This document shows positions 28,446-37,707 of a stretch of 64,000 nt of DNA, one piece after another. The notes below the pieces were generated by a model that was given only the letters and a program-made list of their open reading frames with translations, searched no databases and was not told where the DNA came from. Source of the stretch: Bacilli bacterium (GTDB lineage: Bacteria; Bacillota_I; Bacilli_A; ML615J-28; CAG-698). The stretch covers positions 320,001-384,000 of the forward strand of contig JBMNLZ010000003.1 in assembly GCA_050953065.1 (NCBI GenBank), read 5' to 3'. Numbering within the stretch: the first letter of the stretch is position 1; every line of letters begins with the position of its first letter. The position numbers and the translations under genes are program-made.

Positions 28446-28447
28446 AA

Positions 28448-28648
28448 ATGGTTAGTTATAATAAATTATGGAAACTGCTTATTGATAAAGGACTAAATAA
28501 AAAAGAGCTAATTAAGCTCTCAGGTGTAAGTTCTTCTTCAATTGCTAAAATGACAAAAGGACAAAACGTTACAACTGATGTCTTATGTAAAATTTGTGCG
28601 GCTTTGAGTTGTGACTTTAAGGATATAATGGAGTACATTTCAAAATAA
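28448..28648 (+). CDS. Cro/CI-type HTH protein (HTH_26)
   Basis: MVSYNKLWKLLIDKG...VLCKICAALSC. Confidence 0.9.
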   Translation: MVSYNKLWKLLIDKGLNKKELIKLSGVSSSSIAKMTKGQNVTTDVLCKICAALSCDFKDIMEYISK

Positions 28649-28650
28649 AT

Positions 28651-28695
28651 AAAAAAATAGCGACCTAACTCGTAATTGAGCTAAGTCGCTTTTTT
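28651..28695. terminator. Bidirectional terminator between convergent defence operons
   Basis: A-run, AGCGAC...GTCGCT stem, T-run. Confidence 0.75.
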
Positions 28696-28707
28696 ATATT
28701 TCAGAGA

Positions 28708-31401
28708 TTAATTATTGTCAAATAATTTAGGATTAGAATCAACAATATCTGTAGTTTTTAGTTTTGTGCCAGTTATCTTAACTCTGCCCGCCATAATGTC
28801 ACTTGACTTGTAAATATTATAATCCATCTTGCTGGCCGCTGCTAAGTTCATAGCCGCCCAGGCTTTTGCCCCAACAACTTTATCATCGATTTTGTTGTCA
28901 CCTTTAACTTCAACAATCTCAACAGTACCATTTTTATAAAATACTAAAATGTCTGGATAGTAATTACGTATTACATTTGATTCAGGATCAATGTATTGAA
29001 CTGATAGTCCATTTTCAGATCCAGTAAACATTCCAGTAAAATACACCTCTTCGACTTGATCGGACTCTATTAAATCCATGAATAGTCTCTTTTCTGGTTC
29101 TGAATCGAAGCAATACCTGTCAACATGAAAGCTCTTTCTTGAATACTTCGTTACAAATGGATCATTTATCCCAATAGTAAGTTCTCTCTTAGTTCTGAAT
29201 ACAAAATGATCTGCTTTGTTTCCATATTTTATTAACGGTACCTTCTTCTGAACAGTTTCTACACTCTCTTCAATATTATAAAGATAATTAAAAACTGCAG
29301 GTATTAACTCATCATATAAAATATCATTATACTGAGTGATGAGTTCTTTAATCTTATCAAAACATCCAGTTTTTTCTAATATCTCTCTAATTTTAAGAGG
29401 CTCTTCATTTAAATATCTTGATACTTCAAAAACAATTGTATACTTACTAAATGGCTTATTTTCATCTGATATAAACTCTGACTTAGACTCGCCAAAACGA
29501 GTATCAATGCCTTTTTTCACAATCAATTTAGATTTATACTTCTCAACATCAATTTTATCAATATCAAATTTCATTGGATAATGAGTTTTTTTAGATTTAA
29601 GAGTATATGATTTTCTAATTTCTTCCAGACTCAGTTCTTTAACTGGGGGTACAATTTTAATCAAATAATCTACTTTATTATCTATCTTATCAGTCATATC
29701 TTTAATATCTATATTGAAGTTCTTTCTTAGTTCATCATCTAGAATTTTGTAATTTTCACTTGATAAATAAACATGAGCTATTTGTTGAGTTTCTGTAATG
29801 CTTCTCAAACAACGCATTGTTGATTGAAGTACAAATATTTTTGATTTTGGTGATCTATATAATGCCACAGAAAATAATGATCTACAATTCCAACCTTCTC
29901 TCCCCTTATTAACTAATAATAGAACTTGTTTTTGACTTCCATGCGTTCCAATAACATCAAGGTCATTAAAATCCTTAATGTCAGCATCCTTTGTTATAGT
30001 AGAATCTCCTACATTGACTAGAATTGTTGATATGTCAATACCTAAATCATTTAAGATGCCTTCAACAATTGGTTTTATTTCATTGGTAACTTCTTTAATT
30101 TCTGCACCAAATATCGCTATTTTAGGTTTTAAGCCTTCATACAAATTATCGCCATAATATTTGAAAAAATGCGTTAAAATCCTACGTAAAAATTCTTCAT
30201 TTTTTACATTATCATATCCTTGAATTTCAACTTCTTTTAGATAGCCATTTCGGATAGCATCATTTAGCTCATATGCATAAACTACCTCAGGCAGAATTTT
30301 GTTTTCTACATATGGAGTACCAGTATAGTTATAACAAGCTACTAATTTTGTTGAACGCTTTTCAAGTACTTCTGCAATTTTATTAATCGTATAACGTAGT
30401 GACGTTTCTGAATTATCATCTGATAAAGATTTTTTTAAGTCTGTTCCAAACAAGTGATGAGCTTCATCAACATATACACCTAATTGATTTAACCTGATTA
30501 TTTTCTCAAATCTTTGGTTAGCTGTTACTTCCTTTTCATCTTTTAATGAATCTAAATCACCATATAGTTTTTTTGTGAAATCATCAAGTCCTTCTAGTTC
30601 TAATTGAACTTGTTCATAAGAATCATTCATGAACTTGTCAACAGCATTCTTTTCTTTATGCACTTCTTTAAGAATAATCTTCTGCGTATTAGAAATAATT
30701 ATATTATAATCACTACCATCGATAGTGTTTAATGTTGTAGAATTGTCATCTAAAAAATGGAATTTAACATTAGCAGCCAAAAAACTGACATATTCTGTAG
30801 GAATTACTTTCTTAAAATCGAAGGTTTTGATTTCTTTTAATGATTGAAGTACAGTTTTATCAGGAGCAAAAACTAAAACGTTATGGCAAAATCTCTTATC
30901 TTTAGGATATTTACTTACAAGAATAAATTCATAAAAAATACAAGTTGCCATGAGAATTGTTTTGCCAGTACCCATTGTAAGTGCATAAATATAATTTGGA
31001 TATTTTTGATTTTGGTTAGAAAGCATGTCAAAAACATCATTGTAAACATCTGCTGTTATGTCATCAAAAAGGTTACCCATTCCAATTGAAGTGTAACTTT
31101 TAGTTTTACGTGAATATGGATCACGCATTTCAAATCTACCTTTATGATTATACCAATCAGCAAACATATCTTTTACCGATTGATTATTGAGAAACTCTTT
31201 AATTAGTACATAAATTTCTAAAGCTTCAAATTGTGGTTTTCTAAGAAACGCATTAGGATTCTTTTCTTTATCATTAAAATCAAGAATTTTTTTACTGACA
31301 TCTTTATAGCTCTTTCTAATCGAGTTCTTTTTGAAATTATAAAAATCTAATAAGGCATCGTAGAAAGGATAATCATTTGTAACTATTTTTTTCTTAGCCA
31401 T
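28708..31401 (-). CDS. res: Type III restriction endonuclease Res subunit
   Basis: LRKPQ, MGTGKT, DEAHH, EGWN; C-terminal YYPDILV...VEVKG nuclease; TAATG coupling to mod. Confidence 0.88.
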   Translation of the reverse strand: MAKKKIVTNDYPFYDALLDFYNFKKNSIRKSYKDVSKKILDFNDKEKNPNAFLRKPQFEALEIYVLIKEFLNNQSVKDMFADWYNHKGRFEMRDPYSRKTKSYTSIGMGNLFDDITADVYNDVFDMLSNQNQKYPNYIYALTMGTGKTILMATCIFYEFILVSKYPKDKRFCHNVLVFAPDKTVLQSLKEIKTFDFKKVIPTEYVSFLAANVKFHFLDDNSTTLNTIDGSDYNIIISNTQKIILKEVHKEKNAVDKFMNDSYEQVQLELEGLDDFTKKLYGDLDSLKDEKEVTANQRFEKIIRLNQLGVYVDEAHHLFGTDLKKSLSDDNSETSLRYTINKIAEVLEKRSTKLVACYNYTGTPYVENKILPEVVYAYELNDAIRNGYLKEVEIQGYDNVKNEEFLRRILTHFFKYYGDNLYEGLKPKIAIFGAEIKEVTNEIKPIVEGILNDLGIDISTILVNVGDSTITKDADIKDFNDLDVIGTHGSQKQVLLLVNKGREGWNCRSLFSVALYRSPKSKIFVLQSTMRCLRSITETQQIAHVYLSSENYKILDDELRKNFNIDIKDMTDKIDNKVDYLIKIVPPVKELSLEEIRKSYTLKSKKTHYPMKFDIDKIDVEKYKSKLIVKKGIDTRFGESKSEFISDENKPFSKYTIVFEVSRYLNEEPLKIREILEKTGCFDKIKELITQYNDILYDELIPAVFNYLYNIEESVETVQKKVPLIKYGNKADHFVFRTKRELTIGINDPFVTKYSRKSFHVDRYCFDSEPEKRLFMDLIESDQVEEVYFTGMFTGSENGLSVQYIDPESNVIRNYYPDILVFYKNGTVEIVEVKGDNKIDDKVVGAKAWAAMNLAAASKMDYNIYKSSDIMAGRVKITGTKLKTTDIVDSNPKLFDNN

Positions 31402-33131
31402 TATTCCACCTCAATTTCGAGCGATTCAGAAAGTAGGTCTGTAATTTTAATTTTAATTCTTCCATGTTTGGATGGTATTTTATATGAACCATCAACCAAT
31501 TTGTTTTTTTCAGGAATATCAATTATCTGCGGATTAAGTATAAAACCATCGTATTCATAATCTATCATAATACTATCCACTAACTGTTTCCAATCATCAA
31601 CCAATTCCTTTTGAAGAGATAATTTTTGCAGTAAATTCATTGGATAAAATTCTTTAATAGTAAGTTTATCACCTTTTACTTCTATCTCGGCTTGGGCATC
31701 ACGCTTAAATTCTAAATCAGATTTATCTCTTAAAATGTCCACAATTTCCACATCGATCTTGAATTTTGAATTGCCAACAGCTTGCAAGAATGCACCTTTT
31801 AAATCTGATTCGTGCCCCATACAAACTAGTGTTATTCTATCAACAGGTTCATTTGGATTTTCGTCAGCTAATTTTTCATACATTTTATACGGCAAATTGT
31901 TTATTAATGGTTCAAGATCAGCTTTTGTAGCAATTCTATTCACAGGAAGAATCTTAACATGTCGTCCATCAAGTTCACCATCAAAAACATGGCTTTCTGA
32001 AAAAGCTTGAATTTCTAATGCTTCAATTAAAAGTTCACGTGCCTCTATCGGATTTCTAAAGAAATCATAATTATTTACATTATATACCTCAAATCCTGTT
32101 TTCATTGAAATAAATAAATTATTATCTTCTAAAATACTAATAATTCTTTTAGTTGAAATTTGAACTGCACCTAAATTAATATCAGCACCGATAAAACGTC
32201 TATTTTTCTTTAAAGCAACAGCTTGTGTTGTTCCTGAACCCATAAAGCAATCAAAAACTATATCTCCTTCATTTGAAGATGCATCAATAATTCGCTCAAT
32301 AAGTGCTTCTGGTTTTTGTGTTGGATACCCTAATCTTTCTAATGCTTGAGAATTAATATAAGGAATATCCCATACATCTCTCATCCCAGACCATCTATAT
32401 ACACCAGATTCGTCTTCAAAAAATTCTGTATCAGCAGCTCCATAATTCACAACTCCTGCTTTACGTCCTTTTGCCTTTGTATAAGACTTTTCTTTTTGTT
32501 CATTAAAATTTCTATCTGCAGTTTTTGAATAAAACAATATATTATCATGCTGTTTATTAAATTCACCTTTTGCCCCTGATGCTGTTCTGTAAGACCATAT
32601 TATTTCATTTACAAATTTATCAGGCCCAAATACTTCGTCCATTAGCATTCTAAGATGGTGCACCTTGTGCCAGTCACAATGTAGGTAAATTGATCCCTTA
32701 TCACTAAGTAGTTCTCGTAATAAAATCAAGCGTTCATACATAAATTGAAGATACTCATCATTTGTCCATATATCACCATATTGCTTTTCTTCAAACATAT
32801 TCTGGTCATTATAAATTGATTTCTTTCCCTTTAATTCTATTTTTTTCTTATAATTTGCTTTTGAATCAAAAGGCGGATCTATGTAAATAAGATCAATCAT
32901 TCCCCGATAATCCCTTAAAAGATGGCTCATAACTTGTAGATTATCTCCCCAGAAAATCTTATTTAGCCATTCTGACTCATCAGCTTCACCGTATTTTTCT
33001 TTTAATTGTGCAGGGAAGAATTGAGTAGATGTATAAGGTCTTTTACCTGTCCACCTCAATTCGGGATATCCCTTAATTACAGGTTTATTAAAATTAAATA
33101 AATCCATTGTTTCATTTTTTTCTTTGCTCAT
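31401..33131 (-). CDS. mod: Type III R-M methyltransferase Mod subunit
   Basis: GDNL, IYIDPPF, YPTQKPE, DCFMGSGTT. Confidence 0.9.
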   Translation of the reverse strand: MSKEKNETMDLFNFNKPVIKGYPELRWTGKRPYTSTQFFPAQLKEKYGEADESEWLNKIFWGDNLQVMSHLLRDYRGMIDLIYIDPPFDSKANYKKKIELKGKKSIYNDQNMFEEKQYGDIWTNDEYLQFMYERLILLRELLSDKGSIYLHCDWHKVHHLRMLMDEVFGPDKFVNEIIWSYRTASGAKGEFNKQHDNILFYSKTADRNFNEQKEKSYTKAKGRKAGVVNYGAADTEFFEDESGVYRWSGMRDVWDIPYINSQALERLGYPTQKPEALIERIIDASSNEGDIVFDCFMGSGTTQAVALKKNRRFIGADINLGAVQISTKRIISILEDNNLFISMKTGFEVYNVNNYDFFRNPIEARELLIEALEIQAFSESHVFDGELDGRHVKILPVNRIATKADLEPLINNLPYKMYEKLADENPNEPVDRITLVCMGHESDLKGAFLQAVGNSKFKIDVEIVDILRDKSDLEFKRDAQAEIEVKGDKLTIKEFYPMNLLQKLSLQKELVDDWKQLVDSIMIDYEYDGFILNPQIIDIPEKNKLVDGSYKIPSKHGRIKIKITDLLSESLEIEVE

Positions 33132-33138
33132 AATTTAA

Positions 33139-35982
33139 TTACCTCCTCTTACAATAAAATCTTAAATCACAGTTTTTACAAATCTTAAGATCACTACATC
33201 GTTCTTCAAATTTTTTATTTTCTATTTTATCTACAACATCATCCAGAATCTTTATCGTTTCTTTTATTTGAGTGTCATCTTTTTTAAACGACAGATATGG
33301 ATTACCAGCAATTTCACTAGTGTAATATACTTTCATTCCACTAACTTTTACATCATACTTCTTTTCTATTAAGTACGCATATATTTCTAGTTGTCTTTTT
33401 ACTCTTTCAACCTTATCGATTTCTTTATTTAATATTGGTTTTTTCTCAGTTTTAAAGTCAAGCACTTCATATTGTCCTTTATCATTCAATATTAGATCAA
33501 CCTTACCGTTAAGTATATATTTCTTTTGTGATAAACTAATAGGCAATTCAGCATCTTTTATGATGTCCCAATTTTCAGATGCTCTTGCAACATAGGACAT
33601 TACTTGGTCAAATGCAGATTTTATGCTAGTTTCGTTTAAATAATAGTTATTTAATTTAGAAGCTGTTTTATAGTTAATCTCTAGCCACTTGCTGATATTA
33701 TCATCTGTAACTGTATCAATTTCACCTTTTACTACTGCTTTATGAATATCCTCAATTGTTTCATGGACAATAGTTCCAAATAAGGTTGAACCTATTCTAA
33801 CTGGTTCAAATCCTAATTCTTTAAAATATTTATATTGAGTAGGACAAATCAAATAAGCATTTATATCACTTGTAAAAGAGTATGCATTTTTAATATCTGT
33901 GTTTTTGATATCTTCAAAATCAAAATTTGTAAAATTAACTTCATATGGCAAATAATTATATATGTATTCAAAATATTTACTTGGTTCATTAGATTTTGAT
34001 GCATCACATAACATTATTAGCAGAGATTGAGCTCTTGAAAATGCAACATAATATAATCTCCAAAAATCAAACATTTTCATCATCTCAATTTCTTCAAATG
34101 GCCCTCTTCCTGAATATCTTGAAATGATATCTTCGATGTCTTCGATATATTGTTTTCTTGGAGTAGAGCTTTGTGAACCAACAAAAACTATAGGAAATTC
34201 TAGTCCTTTTGATTGGTGAATTGTCAAAAATGAAACACATCCACTTGGTGCATACTCACTTTCATCTTCATACTCTGTAATTCCGCCTTCATAAAGGAAT
34301 CTGATATATTGATTAAATAATCTTTCTACCATTTTGTCTATGTTTAATTTTGTTAAAACGGATACATTATTTAGATACTCGAACTTCACCAATAGTTTAA
34401 TCAACAAACCTACATTTCTAGATATTCTTGTATCGGTTATATTCTTAGTTAAATCAACACTAAGCAATGAGCGAAAAGGTTCAAATTCTAACATTTGATA
34501 TAACAATCCAGAAAATGAATAATCTAGTGATTTACTCATAAACATATGATCTTTTGTTCTGAATCTCATCCAGTTAAAGAAGTTTTTATATTCAGGTTTG
34601 GATAATTCATCTTTTGCTTCCATAAGGCAAGATTGATAATAAAAATTCATTTCTTTAGATTCCTCATTTTTTTGTACTTTTGTTGCATATTTAGGAAACA
34701 TAAAGATCAAACTACCCAATATTAGTTTCGTCTCATGTCTATCAAAAAAAAGATTTGATCGCGGAGAATATACAGGTATTTCATTTTTTTCAAGATAATC
34801 TGCTAAAGATTTAACACTTTCGTTTTTTACAGATCTAAACAAGAATGCAATCTGATTTAAATCTTTTATTTTACCTGAATCTATTAGTTTATTTATTGTA
34901 AGTAGAGTTTTTTCATTTATATAATCTTTTTCTTTAGTAGAACATTGTATAACTGCCGTTTCGACATATTTATCAGTTCTGACAGCAACTATTTTTTTCT
35001 CATATCTATACTTGCCCCAATCAAAATCAAAGCCTCTACCGTCTGTTGAATCCATCCATTTATTATAGAATTTAACAATGTCTTTATTTGAACGATAGTT
35101 TTTAATTAAAGCTATCTTTTTACAATTGTCAAAATGTTTAGGAAATTCTAAAATGTTTCTAACTGTGGCTCCTCTAAATCTATAAATTGCTTGGTCATCA
35201 TCACCCACAACACAAATATTGTTGCGCTTAGAACCAAAAAACATAGCTAGTTTCTCTTGTATGTGGTTTGTATCCTGATATTCATCAATCATTACATAAT
35301 CTATTGAATTAATAATTTTGTTAGCTACTTCAGGATAAGCTTTCAACATTTTATAGGTTTCAACCTGTATAGATGAAAAATCCAAGAAGTTATTTTCTAT
35401 TCTTAAACTTTCATAAGTTTGGATTAGTTTCCCAAAAAATATATAAGTTGGATTATCGCTTTTTAGTAATTCTTCATAATCAATCAATTCTTCGTTTAAT
35501 CGATTAACATACTTTAATATTGATTCGCATTTATCCCAAAAAGACCGAGTAGATATATAATTATCAAAGTTCTCAATCGCTTTGAAATCGCTAAAATGTT
35601 GATATATGAAATATTGTTGATCAAATTGATCTTTAAGATTAAAGTTCTTTTTTAAACTAGTATAGGCTATATTTTCTTTTAAAATTTTTAAACAAATAGA
35701 GTGAAAAGTACCTAAATACATCTCATTAGGATTAAATTCTATATTGTTCTCATTTAATGCATTTGAAAGCCTTGTTATCAATTCATTTGCCGCTTTATCA
35801 GTAAATGTTGAAAATAAAATATTAGATGGTGAAATTTTTTTATTGACGATCAGATTTAAAGCTCTATTAATAAGTGTATAGGTCTTACCAGTACCTGGGC
35901 CAGCAATAACTAATAATGGTCCTTCAGTCGACAATATTACTTTTAATTGATCGTCATTAGCTTTCTTAAATTTTAATTTCAT
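33139..35982 (-). CDS. UvrD/SF1A helicase fused to AddB-like PD-(D/E)XK nuclease
   Basis: AGPGTGKT, DEYQD, GDDDQAIYRFRGA, TIHQSKGLEF, YVAFSRA; GKVDL, DFKT, QLEIY, CKNCDLRFYC. Confidence 0.92.
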   Translation of the reverse strand: MKLKFKKANDDQLKVILSTEGPLLVIAGPGTGKTYTLINRALNLIVNKKISPSNILFSTFTDKAANELITRLSNALNENNIEFNPNEMYLGTFHSICLKILKENIAYTSLKKNFNLKDQFDQQYFIYQHFSDFKAIENFDNYISTRSFWDKCESILKYVNRLNEELIDYEELLKSDNPTYIFFGKLIQTYESLRIENNFLDFSSIQVETYKMLKAYPEVANKIINSIDYVMIDEYQDTNHIQEKLAMFFGSKRNNICVVGDDDQAIYRFRGATVRNILEFPKHFDNCKKIALIKNYRSNKDIVKFYNKWMDSTDGRGFDFDWGKYRYEKKIVAVRTDKYVETAVIQCSTKEKDYINEKTLLTINKLIDSGKIKDLNQIAFLFRSVKNESVKSLADYLEKNEIPVYSPRSNLFFDRHETKLILGSLIFMFPKYATKVQKNEESKEMNFYYQSCLMEAKDELSKPEYKNFFNWMRFRTKDHMFMSKSLDYSFSGLLYQMLEFEPFRSLLSVDLTKNITDTRISRNVGLLIKLLVKFEYLNNVSVLTKLNIDKMVERLFNQYIRFLYEGGITEYEDESEYAPSGCVSFLTIHQSKGLEFPIVFVGSQSSTPRKQYIEDIEDIISRYSGRGPFEEIEMMKMFDFWRLYYVAFSRAQSLLIMLCDASKSNEPSKYFEYIYNYLPYEVNFTNFDFEDIKNTDIKNAYSFTSDINAYLICPTQYKYFKELGFEPVRIGSTLFGTIVHETIEDIHKAVVKGEIDTVTDDNISKWLEINYKTASKLNNYYLNETSIKSAFDQVMSYVARASENWDIIKDAELPISLSQKKYILNGKVDLILNDKGQYEVLDFKTEKKPILNKEIDKVERVKRQLEIYAYLIEKKYDVKVSGMKVYYTSEIAGNPYLSFKKDDTQIKETIKILDDVVDKIENKKFEERCSDLKICKNCDLRFYCKRR

Positions 35983-36185
35983 TTGCTGTTCTCACTATTT
36001 ACAACACTAATATTATTTTCTTTACATAATTCTACAATTTTTCTCTTTGTCTTAATAGTTGGTTCGTACCTACCTGTTTCCCACCTATTGATTGATGCAA
36101 AGGACACACCAAGCAAATCAGCAAACTCCTGTTGAGATAAAATGAGTTTTTCTCTTAATTCTTTCACTATTCGTTGATAGTCCAT
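35979..36185 (-). CDS. XRE-family HTH regulator
   Basis: LSQQEFADLLGVSFASINRWETG; ATGA coupling to helicase. Confidence 0.92.
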   Translation of the reverse strand: MDYQRIVKELREKLILSQQEFADLLGVSFASINRWETGRYEPTIKTKRKIVELCKENNISVVNSENSK

Positions 36186-36221
36186 ATATGCCTCCTATTT
36201 TAATCGCTCACTATAATCATT

Positions 36222-36250
36222 ATTATAACACTTTATAATCATTTTGTCTA
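36222..36250 (-). promoter_or_regulatory. Promoter of HTH-uvrD-mod-res operon
   Basis: TAGACA-17 bp-TATAAT; TATAATCATT direct repeats at 36212 and 36234. Confidence 0.65.
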
Positions 36251-36293
36251 TAAAATGTGGAATAAGTATCTTATTTATCTCATTTTTTTCTCA

Positions 36294-36382
36294 AATCGTT
36301 CAATTTATGGGGTAATCGTTAAAATGGTGGGTAATCGTTCAATTTATGGGGTAATCGTTAAAAAGTAGGGTAATCGTTCAAT
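36294..36382. repeat. Tandem array: five AATCGTT cores, 39-bp higher-order period
   Basis: Cores at 36294, 36314, 36333, 36353, 36372 (spacing 20/19/20/19). Confidence 0.9.
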
Positions 36383-36396
36383 AGTTGATTTTTTTT

Positions 36397-36443
36397 AAAA
36401 AAAAAGACCTGCAAATAGCCTATATAATGACTACTGCAGGTCT
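36397..36443 (-). terminator. Intrinsic terminator near prophage end
   Basis: AGACCTGCA...TGCAGGTCT followed by long T-run. Confidence 0.7.
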
Positions 36444-36496
36444 CACTTTGTCTCGCTGCTGAGTGAATATAGGGATTTTTGCCCTTTATTCAAAAT

Positions 36497-36527
36497 AAAA
36501 AAGGCTCAATACGATTGTATCAAACCT
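36497..36527 (-). terminator. tmRNA terminator
   Basis: AGGTTTGATAC-AATC-GTATTGAGCCT then T-run, just after ssrA CCA end. Confidence 0.7.
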
Positions 36528-36539
36528 ATTCATCTAATA

Positions 36540-36892
36540 TGGTGGAATAGGGGGGAGTTGAACCCCCGTCCAAACTACAATCCATACTAATCTCTACATG
36601 CTTAGTTCATTGTAATAGTTTTAATTTATCAGTCAACATAGAACTAACTACTAATAAACTAGCTCTTTAATCTCGAAATCTTAGTAAGAGCATTCTAAGA
36701 TTTCATCCCCTAATGTCTTGCTCTTTATAAAGAACCTTAAGGGGTAATTCTTTACAAGAGTGCTACTATTTAATTAAGCAGCAAAAGCTAAATTTTGTGT
36801 TCCGGTTATTAAAAAAACCTCGGCGTTTTTACTAGCGCAACCTAGGCATGCAATTAGAACTTCAAATAGCCTGTCGAATCCAGAACTATCCC
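36540..36892 (-). ncRNA. ssrA: tmRNA; tag (A)GTQNLAFAA* at 36774-36803
   Basis: GGGATAG/CTATTCC-ACCA acceptor with G3.U, GGATTCGAC 5' motif, GGTTCAACTCC T-arm, near smpB. Confidence 0.95.
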
Positions 36893-36904
36893 ATATATAT
36901 TATA

Positions 36905-37261
36905 TCATAAAATTGATATAATTGCATATATTATTATAAAAATTGATAATCCAACACCAATATAAGCCATTATATTACCAACATTTTTTAAAGGTATTAG
37001 TTTAGCTTTACTAGGTTTTTTATAAAACCTAAAAGCTAAAAAACTAAATAAGAAAATTGGTATCATCATACTTAATAATCCAAAAACAAAAGTCAAGATA
37101 GGATTATCAATTAAGTCTGATTCTTTCCCTTTTTCTACCTTATCATCTTCTTTTGGTTTAATGTATTTTAAATACATTTCATGTTCTTTAAAATTAAAAC
37201 CGCATTCTTCACATACTATTGCATCATCCAAAGACTCTTTTCCACATCTAAGACACTTCAT
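36905..37261 (-). CDS. Zinc-ribbon membrane protein
   Basis: CLRC...CEEC then two hydrophobic helices; TAATG coupling to smpB. Confidence 0.8.
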   Translation of the reverse strand: MKCLRCGKESLDDAIVCEECGFNFKEHEMYLKYIKPKEDDKVEKGKESDLIDNPILTFVFGLLSMMIPIFLFSFLAFRFYKKPSKAKLIPLKNVGNIMAYIGVGLSIFIIIYAIISIL

Positions 37262-37707
37262 TAGTATTTCATCCTCTTCTTTATATCTTTTAAAACTTCT
37301 GCTTTTTTTAATGTTTCTCTTTTATCATAAAGTTTTTTACCCTTAGCTAGTGCTACTTTTACTTTAGCTAATGCTTTATCAAAATAAACTTCTAAAGGAA
37401 TTAAAGTCAAGCCTTCTTGAGAAACTTTTCCTGAAAGTTTTCTTATTTCACTTTTATGAGCTAAGAGTTTTCTTTCACGAGTTTCTTTATGATTAAAAAT
37501 ATTACCTTGCTCATATTTAGCAATATGCATATTGATAATAAAAAGTTCATTGTTTTTAATTAAACAATATGCATCTTGGATTGAAACTTTAGAAGCTCTT
37601 AAAGACTTTATTTCAGTCCCAGTTAAAACTATCCCACATTCTAAAGTTTCAAGGATAAAATAATCATGATTTGCTTTTTTGTTTCTGGCGATACTTTTTA
37701 TTGCCAT
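37261..37707 (-). CDS. smpB: SsrA-binding protein
   Basis: NKKANHDY, GTEIKSLR, RERKLL, GKKLYDKRE. Confidence 0.98.
   Translation of the reverse strand: MAIKSIARNKKANHDYFILETLECGIVLTGTEIKSLRASKVSIQDAYCLIKNNELFIINMHIAKYEQGNIFNHKETRERKLLAHKSEIRKLSGKVSQEGLTLIPLEVYFDKALAKVKVALAKGKKLYDKRETLKKAEVLKDIKKRMKY

Larger units (their letters stand above)
1..36500 (-). mobile_element. Prophage (HK97-like siphovirus) with defence island; left end outside window, right end approximate
   Basis: Co-oriented tail, head, terminase, HNH and replication modules; host housekeeping genes resume at ssrA (36540). Confidence 0.93.

Noticed and set aside
31401-33131. Phase-variable mod (phasevarion)
   Set aside because: No simple-sequence repeat tract seen in the ORF
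36294-36382. CRISPR array
   Set aside because: Period 19-20 bp, intervening sequences repeat, no cas operon
36445-36500. Remnant of an rlmD/rumA 3' end as att site (reads HFVSLLS on plus strand)
   Set aside because: Similarity too short to distinguish from chance
1-36500. Diversity-generating retroelement, retron or intron
   Set aside because: No reverse transcriptase ORF, no long TR/VR-like pair and no interrupted core gene noticed in the window
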